Shown here in pieces: positions 40,640-50,627 of a stretch of 52,068 nt of DNA. This DNA comes from a bacterium (GTDB lineage Bacteria; Electryoneota; Electryoneia; Electryoneales; Electryoneaceae), in NCBI GenBank assembly GCA_043801585.1, contig JAZDLX010000074.1:1-52068 (forward strand), read 5' to 3'. How positions within the stretch are numbered: the stretch's first letter is position 1; each line of letters starts with the position of its first letter. The translations under genes were made by a program, and so were the position numbers. The notes beneath the pieces were generated by a model. It saw nothing but the letters and a program-made list of their open reading frames with translations, searched no databases and was not told the origin of the DNA.

Positions 40640-41602
40640 ATGTACACCGAAGTCACCACCTGGCGTCACGTACCCCTCGTGAACCCGCACCTGGAAGTGT
40701 GGGAGTGGCAGATTCCCGCCTATCTCTTCCTCGGCGGACTTGTCGCCGGACTGATGATCCTCAACGCCTTGTGGCGGATGCAGGGACGCACCGCACAGGG
40801 TCGTGCCGTGACACTATACGGTGCGATCGCCGCTCCCGTCCTGCTCTCGCTGGGGATGCTCTTTCTCTTCCTCGACCTGTCCAATCGGGAGAATGTTTTC
40901 CGCTTCTACATGGTGTTTCGTCCCTCCAGCCCGATGTCCTGGGGTGCATGGATCCTGATCGCCGTCTATCCGGTACAAATCCTGCTGCTCGCTCTCCCGG
41001 GCGGTCTGGAACAGTTCGGTGGAAGACTGACGTTCCTCAACCGGGTGTGGGAATGGATCAAAAGATTTGCCTTGAAGGTCGAACGCCCGGTCCTCTGGCT
41101 GGCGGTGATTCTCGGTGTCGGACTCGGCGTCTACACGGGAATTCTGCTCAGTGTGAACGTCGCCCGTCCCCTCTGGAACACTGGACTGCTCGGACCGCTC
41201 TTCCTGATTTCAGGGCTCTCGGCGGGCAGTGCGTTTGTGATGCTGGCGAAACCGACTGAACTCGAAGCGCATTCCGCCGCACGCTGGGATGCCGGCCTGT
41301 TGATAGCAGAAATCGCCTTCCTGTCGCTGGTCCTGGTGAACCTCGCCACCGGTCTCGAACCGCAACAGCAGGCGGCCTCGCTGCTGCTTGGCGGAGCTTT
41401 CACACCTTCATTCTGGATCTTTGTGGTGATCCTCGGGGCGTTGATGCCTCTGTGGCTCGAGATGCGAGAGATCACCCGCAAACCGACGCCGTCATGGCTT
41501 GCACCGACCCTGGTGTTGATCGGTGGATTCGCGCTGCGCTATGTGCTGGTGGTGGCCGGACAGGTAAGCCACATCGCCGAAGTCACGGCGATGTGCCATT
41601 GA
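40640..41602 (+). CDS. psrC: NrfD/PsrC membrane anchor
   Basis: W.WQIPAYLFLGGL, DL, SPMSWGAW, YTGILL....RPLW, LRY. Confidence 0.85.
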   Translation: MYTEVTTWRHVPLVNPHLEVWEWQIPAYLFLGGLVAGLMILNALWRMQGRTAQGRAVTLYGAIAAPVLLSLGMLFLFLDLSNRENVFRFYMVFRPSSPMSWGAWILIAVYPVQILLLALPGGLEQFGGRLTFLNRVWEWIKRFALKVERPVLWLAVILGVGLGVYTGILLSVNVARPLWNTGLLGPLFLISGLSAGSAFVMLAKPTELEAHSAARWDAGLLIAEIAFLSLVLVNLATGLEPQQQAASLLLGGAFTPSFWIFVVILGALMPLWLEMREITRKPTPSWLAPTLVLIGGFALRYVLVVAGQVSHIAEVTAMCH

Positions 41603-41640
41603 AACAACAATTCCAGAAACGATACAGAAGCGAGGAAGAA

Positions 41641-42165
41641 ATGAGCGAACTTCGCAAACCGCAGCCCTACTGGTCACCCTATCTGGCTGGAACCATGCTG
41701 GGGCTGGTGCTGCTGCTTTCCTACCTCCTGCTGGGCACCGGACTCGGGGCTTCCGGCGCTTTTGCCCGGATGCTTTACAGCGTGATGCATGTCTTCGCTC
41801 CCAGGGCGGTCGAGAGCAATCCCTACATGGGCCACTACTTCGATAACGGCGCCAACCCGCTCAACAACGGACTCGTTTTCGTGGTACTCGGGGTTTTTGT
41901 CGGCGGGCTGATCAGCGGCCTGCTCGCGGGACGTGTCCGCAAAGCCGTCGAGAAAGGTCCGAGGATCACGGTTCGTGGCAGGATGCTTTTCGCCTTCGCC
42001 GGCGGCGCCCTGATGGGATTTGCGGCTCGCCTTGCCCGTGGATGCACCAGCGGCCAGGCTCTCTCCGGGGGCGCAACCCTCGCGCTCGGCAGTTGGGCGT
42101 TCATGTTTGCGTTCTTTGCCGGCGGATTTACAGCGGCTTATTTCGTAAGGAGACAGTGGCGATGA
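41641..42165 (+). CDS. YeeE/YedE sulfur-compound transporter (half-size)
   Basis: YWSPY.AG..LG, LGASG, GFAARLARGCTSGQALSG. Confidence 0.85.
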   Translation: MSELRKPQPYWSPYLAGTMLGLVLLLSYLLLGTGLGASGAFARMLYSVMHVFAPRAVESNPYMGHYFDNGANPLNNGLVFVVLGVFVGGLISGLLAGRVRKAVEKGPRITVRGRMLFAFAGGALMGFAARLARGCTSGQALSGGATLALGSWAFMFAFFAGGFTAAYFVRRQWR

Positions 42166-42773
42166 ACTTCCCGATCAACGCTCAGCCGGGCTTCAGCCCT
42201 TACATCGGGCTGCTGGTGGCCTTTTTCGCCGGCATCGGATTTGGTTTTTCTCTGGAACGTGCCGGTTTCGGTTCGGCCCGCAAGCTCACCGCCCAGTTCT
42301 ACCTGAACGATTGGGCGGTGCTCAAGGTGATGTTCACCGCGGTCGTCGTCGCGGCGGTCGGTTTCTGGTGGTTCGTCGCCCTCGGGATGCTCGACCTAAC
42401 CGTCACCTTCATCAATCCGACGTTCCTGCTCGCGCAGATCATCGGCGGCCTGATCATGGGAATCGGATTTTCAGTCGGTGGCTACTGCCCCGGCACGAGC
42501 TGCGTCGCCGCGGCCACCGGACGTCTCGACGGTTTGATGTACCTCGGCGGCGTGGTGTTCGGCATCCTTGTCTACAGCCTCGCCGAACCGCTCTTCGATG
42601 GCCTGATGAACGCGATGCCGATGGGTGAGTTCTTCGTCTGGCAATGGCTAGGCGTTTCTCCCGGTGTGGTCGTCCTGACCGCGGTGCTGATGGCCGTCGG
42701 CGCATTCACCCTGGCGACAGTCGTCGAACGCAGGAAGAATCAGATCGTGATGCCGTTGGGCAGCGAGAACTGA
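42162..42773 (+). CDS. YeeE/YedE sulfur-compound transporter (half-size)
   Basis: GIGFGFSLERAGF, D.AVLKVMFTA, GGLIMGIGF..GGYCPGT; ATGA overlap. Confidence 0.85.
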   Translation: MNFPINAQPGFSPYIGLLVAFFAGIGFGFSLERAGFGSARKLTAQFYLNDWAVLKVMFTAVVVAAVGFWWFVALGMLDLTVTFINPTFLLAQIIGGLIMGIGFSVGGYCPGTSCVAAATGRLDGLMYLGGVVFGILVYSLAEPLFDGLMNAMPMGEFFVWQWLGVSPGVVVLTAVLMAVGAFTLATVVERRKNQIVMPLGSEN

Positions 42774-42840
42774 ACGAAAAAACGGAATGAGGAAGACCGA
42801 TCACAAATTGTGTCTCCTTCATTCTCGCGGAGGATAAACG

Positions 42841-43449
42841 ATGAAGAATTCCTGGTGGCCGAAAGTGGGTGGAACCGTGCTGATCGTGCTGGCGGGCTCG
42901 CTGGCCCTGATGGGCACTCCAACCTACCAGTTGCCGGTGAAACATGTCGAGGATTGGGGCAGGATCGTCGCCTCCCACTCCGATCAGATCTCCCCCATCG
43001 AACTCGGCGAATGGATTGTCGAGAAGCGCCCCGGAATGCGGATCATCGACGTCCGTGATGCCGCCAATTTTACCCGCTACGCGATCGACGGTTCGGAGAA
43101 CATTCCGCTTGCTGAACTTCTGACAAAAGCGGGGATCGCACGGTTGTCGCCAAAGGGTCCGCACATCCTTGTCAGCAGGGATGGAGTCGAAGCGGCACAG
43201 GCGTGGGTGGTTCTGCGGGGCATGGGGTATGAAGCCTACATTCTCGACGGCGGCCTTGAGGGCTGGGTCAGCCAGGTGCTCGAAGGAAAGGATGTGCAGG
43301 ATCCCGACCTCGCGGCGAAAGTCTATGCGCTGAAAGAAAAATTCCTCGGCAACGGCGCCTCGGTGGGGTCGGCGCCACCCCCACCTTCCCCGGTGGCGGT
43401 CACGCCCGTGGTTCCCACAACAAAGAAAAAGAAATCGGGCGGTTGCTGA
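42841..43449 (+). CDS. Membrane-anchored rhodanese-domain protein with C-terminal GGC tail
   Basis: IIDVR..F....IDGS.NIP, LDGGLEGW; active-loop position reads SRDGVE; Pro-rich linker then KKKKSGGC. Confidence 0.82.
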   Translation: MKNSWWPKVGGTVLIVLAGSLALMGTPTYQLPVKHVEDWGRIVASHSDQISPIELGEWIVEKRPGMRIIDVRDAANFTRYAIDGSENIPLAELLTKAGIARLSPKGPHILVSRDGVEAAQAWVVLRGMGYEAYILDGGLEGWVSQVLEGKDVQDPDLAAKVYALKEKFLGNGASVGSAPPPPSPVAVTPVVPTTKKKKSGGC

Positions 43450-43641
43450 CATTAACTCCACGAGAATGAATCATGCCTTGAAAGGTAATAGATTCCTTCC
43501 GGGGCATTTATTTTATATTATTGCGTTCTTAGCGAACGAGCCCGACGTGATCGCGATCAACTCGCCTTTCCCCCGCCGGAATCATCTTTCGTAAAGGTGT
43601 TTGGGAACTTACGGCACGTTGTTGATGGTTCAGGAGAGGAC

Positions 43642-45624
43642 ATGACCCGCTACAGTGCTGCAGTACTTCTCGTTTTAGGTTTCGTATTCTCAGCCGTTTC
43701 AATGCCGCTGCATCCGAATCTCATCTCTAAAATGGATGCGAAAACCCGTCAGGCTGCCGCACTGAACCAGCGGATGCTCGAATCCCGCGGTATCGATAAC
43801 CCGGCCCTGTGGCCGGTTCCACCGGTCTATCGCGAGATCCCTTTAAACGGTGCGATGAAGACCGACTCGGCGCCGGATTCATTTCGCGTGATCGTTCTTC
43901 TCGTGGATTTCTCTGACCATCCGGCAACCACCGACGCAGCCTTCTTTGACTCGCTGATGTTCGGTAGCAGTCATGGCGCGGTCCGGGATTTCTACCGTGA
44001 AGTCTCCTATCAGGCCCTCGAGATCTCCACCAATGACTCCTGCAACACCATTGGATGGCTGCGGATGCCAAACCCCTACACCTATTACGTGGACGGTCAA
44101 AAGGGCTTTGGTACCTATCCCAATAACGCTCAGAAGCTGGTCGAGGACGCCGTAACCGCAGCCAATCCTTTCGTTGATTTCACACGTTACGACAATGACG
44201 GTGATGGTTATGTCGATGGATTGATGGTTGTTCACTCCGGCACCGGCTATGAATTGTCCGGCGATGTGAACGATATCCATTCTCACGCTTGGTATGTATA
44301 CGGTTCTCATCTTGGCATGCCGAAATACAGGATGCCTGTGGACGGTATTTTTATCAGCAGTTACGCGATGCAGCCTGAATTCTGGGAGTTCGGCCCAATC
44401 AGCTTCGACATGACACTTGGTGTTTTTGTCCATGAGATGGGACACTCAATCTTTGGCCTTCCGGATCTTTACGATTATGATTACGATTCTGAAGGACTTG
44501 GCAGCTGGAGTTTGATGGCCAGTGGTTCCTGGAACGGTTTTCTCGGCGACAGTCCGGCGCACCCGGATATCTGGTGCCTCACCAAGATGGGTTTTGTCAC
44601 CCCGATCAATGTGACGGAAGATGTCGATTCGTTCGCCCTGGCATCTATTCAAAGCGGCCCGAACGCGCTCCGGCTCTGGACAGACGGAGGATCCAGCCAG
44701 GAGTATTTCCTCGTGGAGAACCGAAGGAAGACCAGTTACGACAGCACGCTTCCGGGTGAAGGATTGCTTGTCTACCATGTGGATGAATCGGTGTATTTCG
44801 GCAATGATCACCAGTGGTACCCCGGACATACCGCAAGCGGTCACTATCTCGTCGCGCTGGAACAGGCGGACGGACTTTATGAGCTCGAGAAGAACGGCAA
44901 TGCGGACACCAGCGATCCCTATCCCGGATCATTGAACGTCCACACCTTCAACCAGTTCACCACTCCCGCCTCAAAGTCTTATGCCGGGGAAGCCACGTAT
45001 GTCGCCCTCAGCGATTTTAGTGATTCGGCTGACATAATGAATTTCAACATCAATGTTACAACACCCTCTGCTCCCATCCTTTCCGAGGCAACCTTTGATG
45101 CAATGACCGGTATCGTCTCTCTCGCCTGGGAACCCTACGACACCTCAAATCCCGGAGGCACCCTTTACAACGTTTATCGCAACGATGCCCTGCTCGCCTC
45201 GACAATAAATCTCGCATGGAGCGATACATTGGACGTTGGTGGTTTTTACAGGTATGCCCTGACGATTGATGATGATCTATTATTGGAAAGCCAACCCTTT
45301 GACGTGTTCTGGGAGGGGCTATCGTCGGTTGCCGTGGAAGTCAGCCATGCACTTCCGTCGCGCTTCACCATGAGTCCAGCCTATCCGAATCCGTTTAATC
45401 CAATGACGACCATTCGTCTCCAATTGCCACAGGGAACGCACCTCACCGTGGATGTGGTCAATACATTGGGGCAGCAGGTTGCGATTCTATACGATGGTTC
45501 CGCTGGTCCCGGAGACTTCCCTTTGACAATTGACGGACATTCCTGGTCATCCGGGATCTACCTTGTGCGGGGTAGAACCTCTTCCGGAAATTTTGCCGTG
45601 ATGCGAATTGCGCTGCTTCGATAG
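43642..45624 (+). CDS. Immune inhibitor A (M6) metalloprotease with C-terminal sorting domain
   Basis: Signal peptide, LVDFSD, YDNDGDGYVD, HEMGHSIFGLPDLYD, WSLMASGSW, EYFLVENR, YPNPFNP. Confidence 0.9.
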   Translation: MTRYSAAVLLVLGFVFSAVSMPLHPNLISKMDAKTRQAAALNQRMLESRGIDNPALWPVPPVYREIPLNGAMKTDSAPDSFRVIVLLVDFSDHPATTDAAFFDSLMFGSSHGAVRDFYREVSYQALEISTNDSCNTIGWLRMPNPYTYYVDGQKGFGTYPNNAQKLVEDAVTAANPFVDFTRYDNDGDGYVDGLMVVHSGTGYELSGDVNDIHSHAWYVYGSHLGMPKYRMPVDGIFISSYAMQPEFWEFGPISFDMTLGVFVHEMGHSIFGLPDLYDYDYDSEGLGSWSLMASGSWNGFLGDSPAHPDIWCLTKMGFVTPINVTEDVDSFALASIQSGPNALRLWTDGGSSQEYFLVENRRKTSYDSTLPGEGLLVYHVDESVYFGNDHQWYPGHTASGHYLVALEQADGLYELEKNGNADTSDPYPGSLNVHTFNQFTTPASKSYAGEATYVALSDFSDSADIMNFNINVTTPSAPILSEATFDAMTGIVSLAWEPYDTSNPGGTLYNVYRNDALLASTINLAWSDTLDVGGFYRYALTIDDDLLLESQPFDVFWEGLSSVAVEVSHALPSRFTMSPAYPNPFNPMTTIRLQLPQGTHLTVDVVNTLGQQVAILYDGSAGPGDFPLTIDGHSWSSGIYLVRGRTSSGNFAVMRIALLR

Positions 45625-45771
45625 CACGTCAGATGAAACCGGGTTCTTACTGTACGCCAGCTCGGATCAATTGCATTTGGTGATCCACACCAGGAGCATT
45701 AAAGTGGTTCATTGCCTATATTTCCTGATCTTGTAAAGGCATCGAAAAACCAAGTCGGAAGGATCATTCAT

Positions 45772-47844
45772 ATGAGATTGATAAGAATTCTGCTGCCAGG
45801 CGTGCTTTTCTTCGCTTTGGTGACTGCAGGTCTGGCAAAGCCGATGACCAACGCTGAAGAACTCCGTCGCATAGCGCTATCGGAGAAACAGCGTCATGCA
45901 CTCCTCCGTGGCCCTGCCTATCAGCAACTGAAGCTGATGAATCGCGCAAAAGGCGTGACTCCTGATGGGCGCAGGTATGAGCTTGTTGGAGTCGAACCGG
46001 GCGGACGACGTCTCTATTTGATCACCGATAACATCAACGCCGCGAAAACGATCTCCACTTTCAATCTGCTGCCTGGTGGGATTTCCAACATGGATCTGGA
46101 CGGCAGCGGCACATCGGCCAATCAGCTCGCCGTCTGGGATGGCGGCAGCATCCTGACGACTCACACCGAGTTGGTGGGAAGGGTCACGATCGTGGACAGC
46201 GTTGCCGTGATCGATCATGCTACACATGTTGCCGGTACCATGATAGCCTCTGGCATCGATTTGAACGCTCGTGGAATGAGCCCCGCAGCCGAACTTTCCT
46301 CTTATGATTGGAACAACGACACCGACGAGATGGCTGCTGCAGCGATTAACGGACTGCAGGTTTCAAACCATTCCTACGGGTACATCCGTGGTTGGTCGTA
46401 CGGCGACTACGACGGTACACACACCGGTTATTATTGGTTTGGTGATGTCACCGTCAGTGACACCGAAGATTACATGTTTGGTTTCTATTCCAGCGAAACC
46501 CGAGTGATCGATCAGATTGCCTATAACGCGCCTTATTACCTGATCGTCAAATCTGCCGGCAACGACAGAGGAGACAACATTCCGTCAAGTGAAGTCCAAC
46601 ATTTCTTCATGGACTCTCAAGGCAACTGGGTCATAGGCACAGGCAATGGAGGTCGCGAACGCGACGGCGGTCTGGATGGATTTGATTGTATCGGAGATGT
46701 CGGAACCGCAAAGAACATTCTTACTGTCGGCGCTGAAAAGGATCTTCTCAACGGGTATCACTCTACCTTGGACCTTCGGCTCAGTACCCTCGAATCCTAT
46801 TCGGGATTTGGGCCATCAGATGACGGCCGGGTGAAACCGGACATCCTGGGCAATGGACAGGAGCTGTATTCCACCCTCAGCGGCAACAATTGGGCTTATG
46901 GATATTTTTCGGGTACATCCATGGCATCGCCAAACGTGTCAGGATCGATCAATCTGCTGCTTCGATTGTTTGAATCCACTCACCATGATACCATGCGATC
47001 CGCGACCATCAAAGCCTTCGTTATCCATACAGCTGACGATGACGGCATTTCGAAGGGACCGGATTATCGTTTTGGGTGGGGTCTGATGAATACCACGAGC
47101 GCCGTAGACCTGATTGTTCAGGATACCACCGACACGATGACAATCAGCGAGCACGTTCTGATGGATGGCGACGCACACGCCTGGGCGTTCTCCTGCGATG
47201 GCACTCAACCGCTGAAGATCACCATCGTTTGGACCGATCCACCCGGGATTGTGGGTTTGGATCGCCTGAACAACCGCTCCTCGAAACTTGTCAATGATCT
47301 GGACATTTGGGTTGCCGGACCGAACGACGAACTCTACTATCCGTGGACACTGGATCCCGACCATCCTTCGCTCGCGGCAGTTCGCGACAAACCGAACCAC
47401 GTGGACAACGTCGAACAGGTCGTTGTGGACACTCCGGCGGTTGGTCAGTATACGGCATACATCATGCACGACGGTACTCTGTCCAGTGGCGAGCAGGCGT
47501 ACAGCATGATCGTGACGGGCGCCAACGGGGATGTGCAAGTCACATCAGCGCCCGATCATGCAAAACTGATTATGCCGTCGCAGTTTGACATCCTTGGCTC
47601 CTATCCGAACCCCTTCAATCCGGCAACGACCGTGCGGATTGCGTTGCCGGAAAACGGAAATCTTTCGGTGATGGTCTACAACGTTCTCGGCAAACAAGTG
47701 GCGACACTCATGGATGGAGTGCAGAGCGCAGGTGTTCACAGCTATCTCTTCAACGGCCGAAACCTGCCAAGCGGCATCTACTTTGTCCGCGCGCAATCCG
47801 ATCGCTTCGGCGTTCGAACCCACAAAATGGTATTGGTGCGATAG
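45772..47844 (+). CDS. S8 subtilase with C-terminal sorting domain
   Basis: Catalytic triad VWDGG, HATHVAGT, GTSMASP; SAGN oxyanion motif; YPNPFNP...GIYFVR. Confidence 0.92.
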   Translation: MRLIRILLPGVLFFALVTAGLAKPMTNAEELRRIALSEKQRHALLRGPAYQQLKLMNRAKGVTPDGRRYELVGVEPGGRRLYLITDNINAAKTISTFNLLPGGISNMDLDGSGTSANQLAVWDGGSILTTHTELVGRVTIVDSVAVIDHATHVAGTMIASGIDLNARGMSPAAELSSYDWNNDTDEMAAAAINGLQVSNHSYGYIRGWSYGDYDGTHTGYYWFGDVTVSDTEDYMFGFYSSETRVIDQIAYNAPYYLIVKSAGNDRGDNIPSSEVQHFFMDSQGNWVIGTGNGGRERDGGLDGFDCIGDVGTAKNILTVGAEKDLLNGYHSTLDLRLSTLESYSGFGPSDDGRVKPDILGNGQELYSTLSGNNWAYGYFSGTSMASPNVSGSINLLLRLFESTHHDTMRSATIKAFVIHTADDDGISKGPDYRFGWGLMNTTSAVDLIVQDTTDTMTISEHVLMDGDAHAWAFSCDGTQPLKITIVWTDPPGIVGLDRLNNRSSKLVNDLDIWVAGPNDELYYPWTLDPDHPSLAAVRDKPNHVDNVEQVVVDTPAVGQYTAYIMHDGTLSSGEQAYSMIVTGANGDVQVTSAPDHAKLIMPSQFDILGSYPNPFNPATTVRIALPENGNLSVMVYNVLGKQVATLMDGVQSAGVHSYLFNGRNLPSGIYFVRAQSDRFGVRTHKMVLVR

Positions 47845-47865
47845 TCCTGATGTTGATAAAAACAC

Positions 47866-47895
47866 AAGCCGGACCTATGGGGTCCGGCTTTTTTT
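47866..47895 (+). terminator. Intrinsic terminator
   Basis: AAGCCGGACC / GGTCCGGCTT stem followed by T run, after the subtilase stop. Confidence 0.85.
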
Positions 47896-47935
47896 GTCAG
47901 TACGATTTTCCGATCGCCAATCATGCTCGATGTGG

Positions 47936-48481
47936 TTACAAATCCTGCTCCAGGGCAAGGCTGAACGCGGTTGTCAGTTTCAGCACGTTCGCATTGGTCT
48001 CGATCAGACGCCGCGCGATGATCGCTGACAGGTTTCTGTACAGCGCCATGCCGAAATGGGGATCGGCCTCCGCCACCTGTTCCAGATCGACCCGTTTGAA
48101 CAGACCGAGCATCACATCGGTCGCAGCCGTGAGTGTCGCGGAACGCGGGGTGTTGGCGCAGAGGGCAATTTCGCCGATCACCGGGTGCTGAACCGCCGTC
48201 AGATGAATCAGCGCCTTGTCCCGGGATTCAATGCCGGCCTGGGATGAAAGGAGGGTCAGACGGTGAGTAATGTCGACTTCTCCCTGCAGCAGCAGCCCCA
48301 CATCATCACCCTGTTCGTTCTCCCGCCAGATGATTTCACCTTTCTGATAGGATTTCATCTGGAGCCTGCTTTTGGCTTCATTCACCTGTGACGCGGTCAT
48401 TCCCTCGAAGATGGAAAAAGCCGCCAAATCCTGCATCACTTCACGGACTACCTGCTTCTTTCCTTTCTTCTTTGCGATCAT
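47936..48481 (-). CDS. Stand-alone cyclic-nucleotide-binding domain protein
   Basis: Y.KGEIIWRE.E.GD, IGEIAL....PRSAT phosphate-binding cassette; no HTH. Confidence 0.85.
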   Translation of the reverse strand: MIAKKKGKKQVVREVMQDLAAFSIFEGMTASQVNEAKSRLQMKSYQKGEIIWRENEQGDDVGLLLQGEVDITHRLTLLSSQAGIESRDKALIHLTAVQHPVIGEIALCANTPRSATLTAATDVMLGLFKRVDLEQVAEADPHFGMALYRNLSAIIARRLIETNANVLKLTTAFSLALEQDL

Positions 48482-49677
48482 GCGCCCCCTCCTCGCACTG
48501 TTGCCTCGACATCCGTAGCAACCAGCACGATCGCCACATCATGCGCTCCAACCTCATTGTCCGGATTCGGCAGGACACGGAGCCGGCTGCGAGTCAGGTC
48601 GTCGGACTTGCGCCCGGCCTCCTCGAATTTTCTCTTGATGAAGGCGTCGATGGAGGAGAGATCGTCCGTCAGGATGTCCGTCATTTCCAACACGGTTTCC
48701 TTTGTGATCAGGGCAATCAGCAATCCGCCGTGTTTCTCGCGAGCCCAGCTCTCGAGTTCACGCACCGGTTTTCCGATCAACGAACGGGGAATCTCGATCC
48801 GGTCGAGAAACGTGCCCGAGGTGGGGTTGAGGATATCCATCAGCACTTCCGGCACACCGGGACGGAGAGCGTGGCTGGCGAGCAGCATCGGCGCGATGGT
48901 ATCCCGGACAACCACCTTGTCCGCTCCCGCACTCTGAAGGTGAGCCACCATCTCCTGCTCGAGGGCGTAGACGAAGAGGGGTACTTTCCGGTTGCACTTC
49001 TTCGCCGCCAGAGTTGCGAGCAGGGTGCGTTGGTCCGAATGAAGAGCTGTCATCCCTTCACGCACCTCCGGCAGAATGATCAGCGACCAGGCGCGTGTTA
49101 CCCCCGCACGCTTCCAGACAGTTTCCTGGGTAATATCCCCCCGAACGAATTTTGGCTGAAGCTCCTTGTACCGCTCGAGCAGACTGGACACCTCGTTCTG
49201 TGTCAAATTGTTCATCAGGACGATGCGCAGTTCCCGGTCACGCATCGCGATGAGCGCGTCAACCACCCGCTCCGCCCCGGAAAACCATCCGGCGATGATC
49301 AAGTGGTTGCTGTAGACGATATCCTGCAATCCCTGGCCCTCCCGGATTTTCGCAGTGACAAACACGGAGGAGATGCGTGCCGTGATCACACCAACAGCCA
49401 TCACGCCGGTGAACATCACGACCATGGCGACGAGCCGACCGGATACGTACTGCGGAGTGTAGTCTCCGTACCCCACGGAGGTCATGGTGACAATCGCCCA
49501 CCAGAGGGCGTCAAACGGGGTATCGAACGTCTGTTTGCCTTCGAGCAGCCACAGGGATGTCCCGCCGAACATCGCCAGCAGGAACAGGACAAGAAAAATC
49601 CACCCCAACCGCGCTTCGGCAAACAGTTCGCCAACCCGCACCACACGTTCCCGCACAGCCTGCCACAGGGCACGCAT
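48478..49677 (-). CDS. 2-TM potassium channel with RCK domain
   Basis: DALWWAIVTMTSVGYGD selectivity filter; NHLIIAGW, FVRGD, RAGV..A. Confidence 0.9.
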   Translation of the reverse strand: MRALWQAVRERVVRVGELFAEARLGWIFLVLFLLAMFGGTSLWLLEGKQTFDTPFDALWWAIVTMTSVGYGDYTPQYVSGRLVAMVVMFTGVMAVGVITARISSVFVTAKIREGQGLQDIVYSNHLIIAGWFSGAERVVDALIAMRDRELRIVLMNNLTQNEVSSLLERYKELQPKFVRGDITQETVWKRAGVTRAWSLIILPEVREGMTALHSDQRTLLATLAAKKCNRKVPLFVYALEQEMVAHLQSAGADKVVVRDTIAPMLLASHALRPGVPEVLMDILNPTSGTFLDRIEIPRSLIGKPVRELESWAREKHGGLLIALITKETVLEMTDILTDDLSSIDAFIKRKFEEAGRKSDDLTRSRLRVLPNPDNEVGAHDVAIVLVATDVEATVRGGGA

Positions 49678-49786
49678 CCAGCCGCATCCTCCTCTTGTGG
49701 AATCTGCCGTAAGTTAGCTTTTCAGGGGACTTATCGCACGATGGAAGGGGGATTGGGGAAAATTGGGATAGATCAGCATGACACTA

Positions 49787-50627
49787 TGAAACCCGGGTGG
49801 TCAAGCCACCCGGGCCACCCGGCTTTTTGTCATTCCCGCGGGCTGTTGAGCGGGAATCCATGTTGACGTTGCAGTTATGGTCGTTGTTGTAGTTGACGTA
49901 AATCTGGGACAGTCCCTGAACTGCCTATAGGGCCAGTCCCGATTTACGCCATTTATGTGTGTGGCCCGGGATGTGATCCGCAGGATCATTTCCCGGGTTT
50001 CATGACTTTGCTATGTAGAACGTGTCCTTTCTCTGAGTCCCGGGTAATCCGCCGACTGGCGGACAACCCGGGCCACCCCTCTGATCCACCATCATTCCAG
50101 CACTACCTGTCATTCCCGCAAAGGCTGGAATCCATGTTGTCGTTGTTATTTTCGTTGTCATTGTCGTCATCATTATAGGTGACGTTGGCGTAAATCTGGG
50201 ACAGTCCCTGAACTGCCTATAAGGCCAGTCCCGATTTACGCCATTCATGTGTGTGGCCCGGGATGTGATCCGCAGGATCATTTCCCGGGTTTCATGATTT
50301 TACCATCTTGACTTTCCACTTCTCAGAAACCCAGGAAATGCCGATAAACCCCCAGCACAACCCAAGCCACCCTACGGCGAAGGGAGATTCGTGTTCCGTC
50401 GGATCGTGAATGCCGTCATTTCGGCATGGAGATCCGACGGAATCAGGTGTCGGGTCTCCGTTCCGACCATTCAGGACTAACGACCTGACACAACTGGAAA
50501 AGGGGAATTGGGGAAAATTGAGGTGTACGTAAATCGGGACAGTCCCGGAACAGCATTTAGGGACAGTCCCGATTTACGTACAGTGTGGCCAAATGAAACC
50601 CGGGTGGACAAGCCACCCGGGCCACCC
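49787..50627. repeat. Mosaic palindromic repeat cluster
   Basis: 109-bp direct repeat (49897-50005 vs 50189-50297, 2 mismatches); GGGACAGTCCC doublets (third at ~50528-50578); GTCATTCCCGC..GGAATCC units; near-identical TGAAACCCGGGTGG.CAAGCCACCCGGGCCACCC at both ends (49787, 50594). Confidence 0.9.

Noticed and set aside
43444..43455. TGC TGA CAT TAA at the rhodanese end as a Cys-Sec motif
   Set aside because: TGA is a common stop in this window and no convincing SECIS is evident; a terminal GGC is sufficient explanation.
49801..50281. Paired short ORFs starting MILRITSRATH (also 23840-24094 and 24267-24539)
   Set aside because: Translations of duplicated repeats, e.g. WIPAFAGMT is the reverse reading of the GTCATTCCCGC element.
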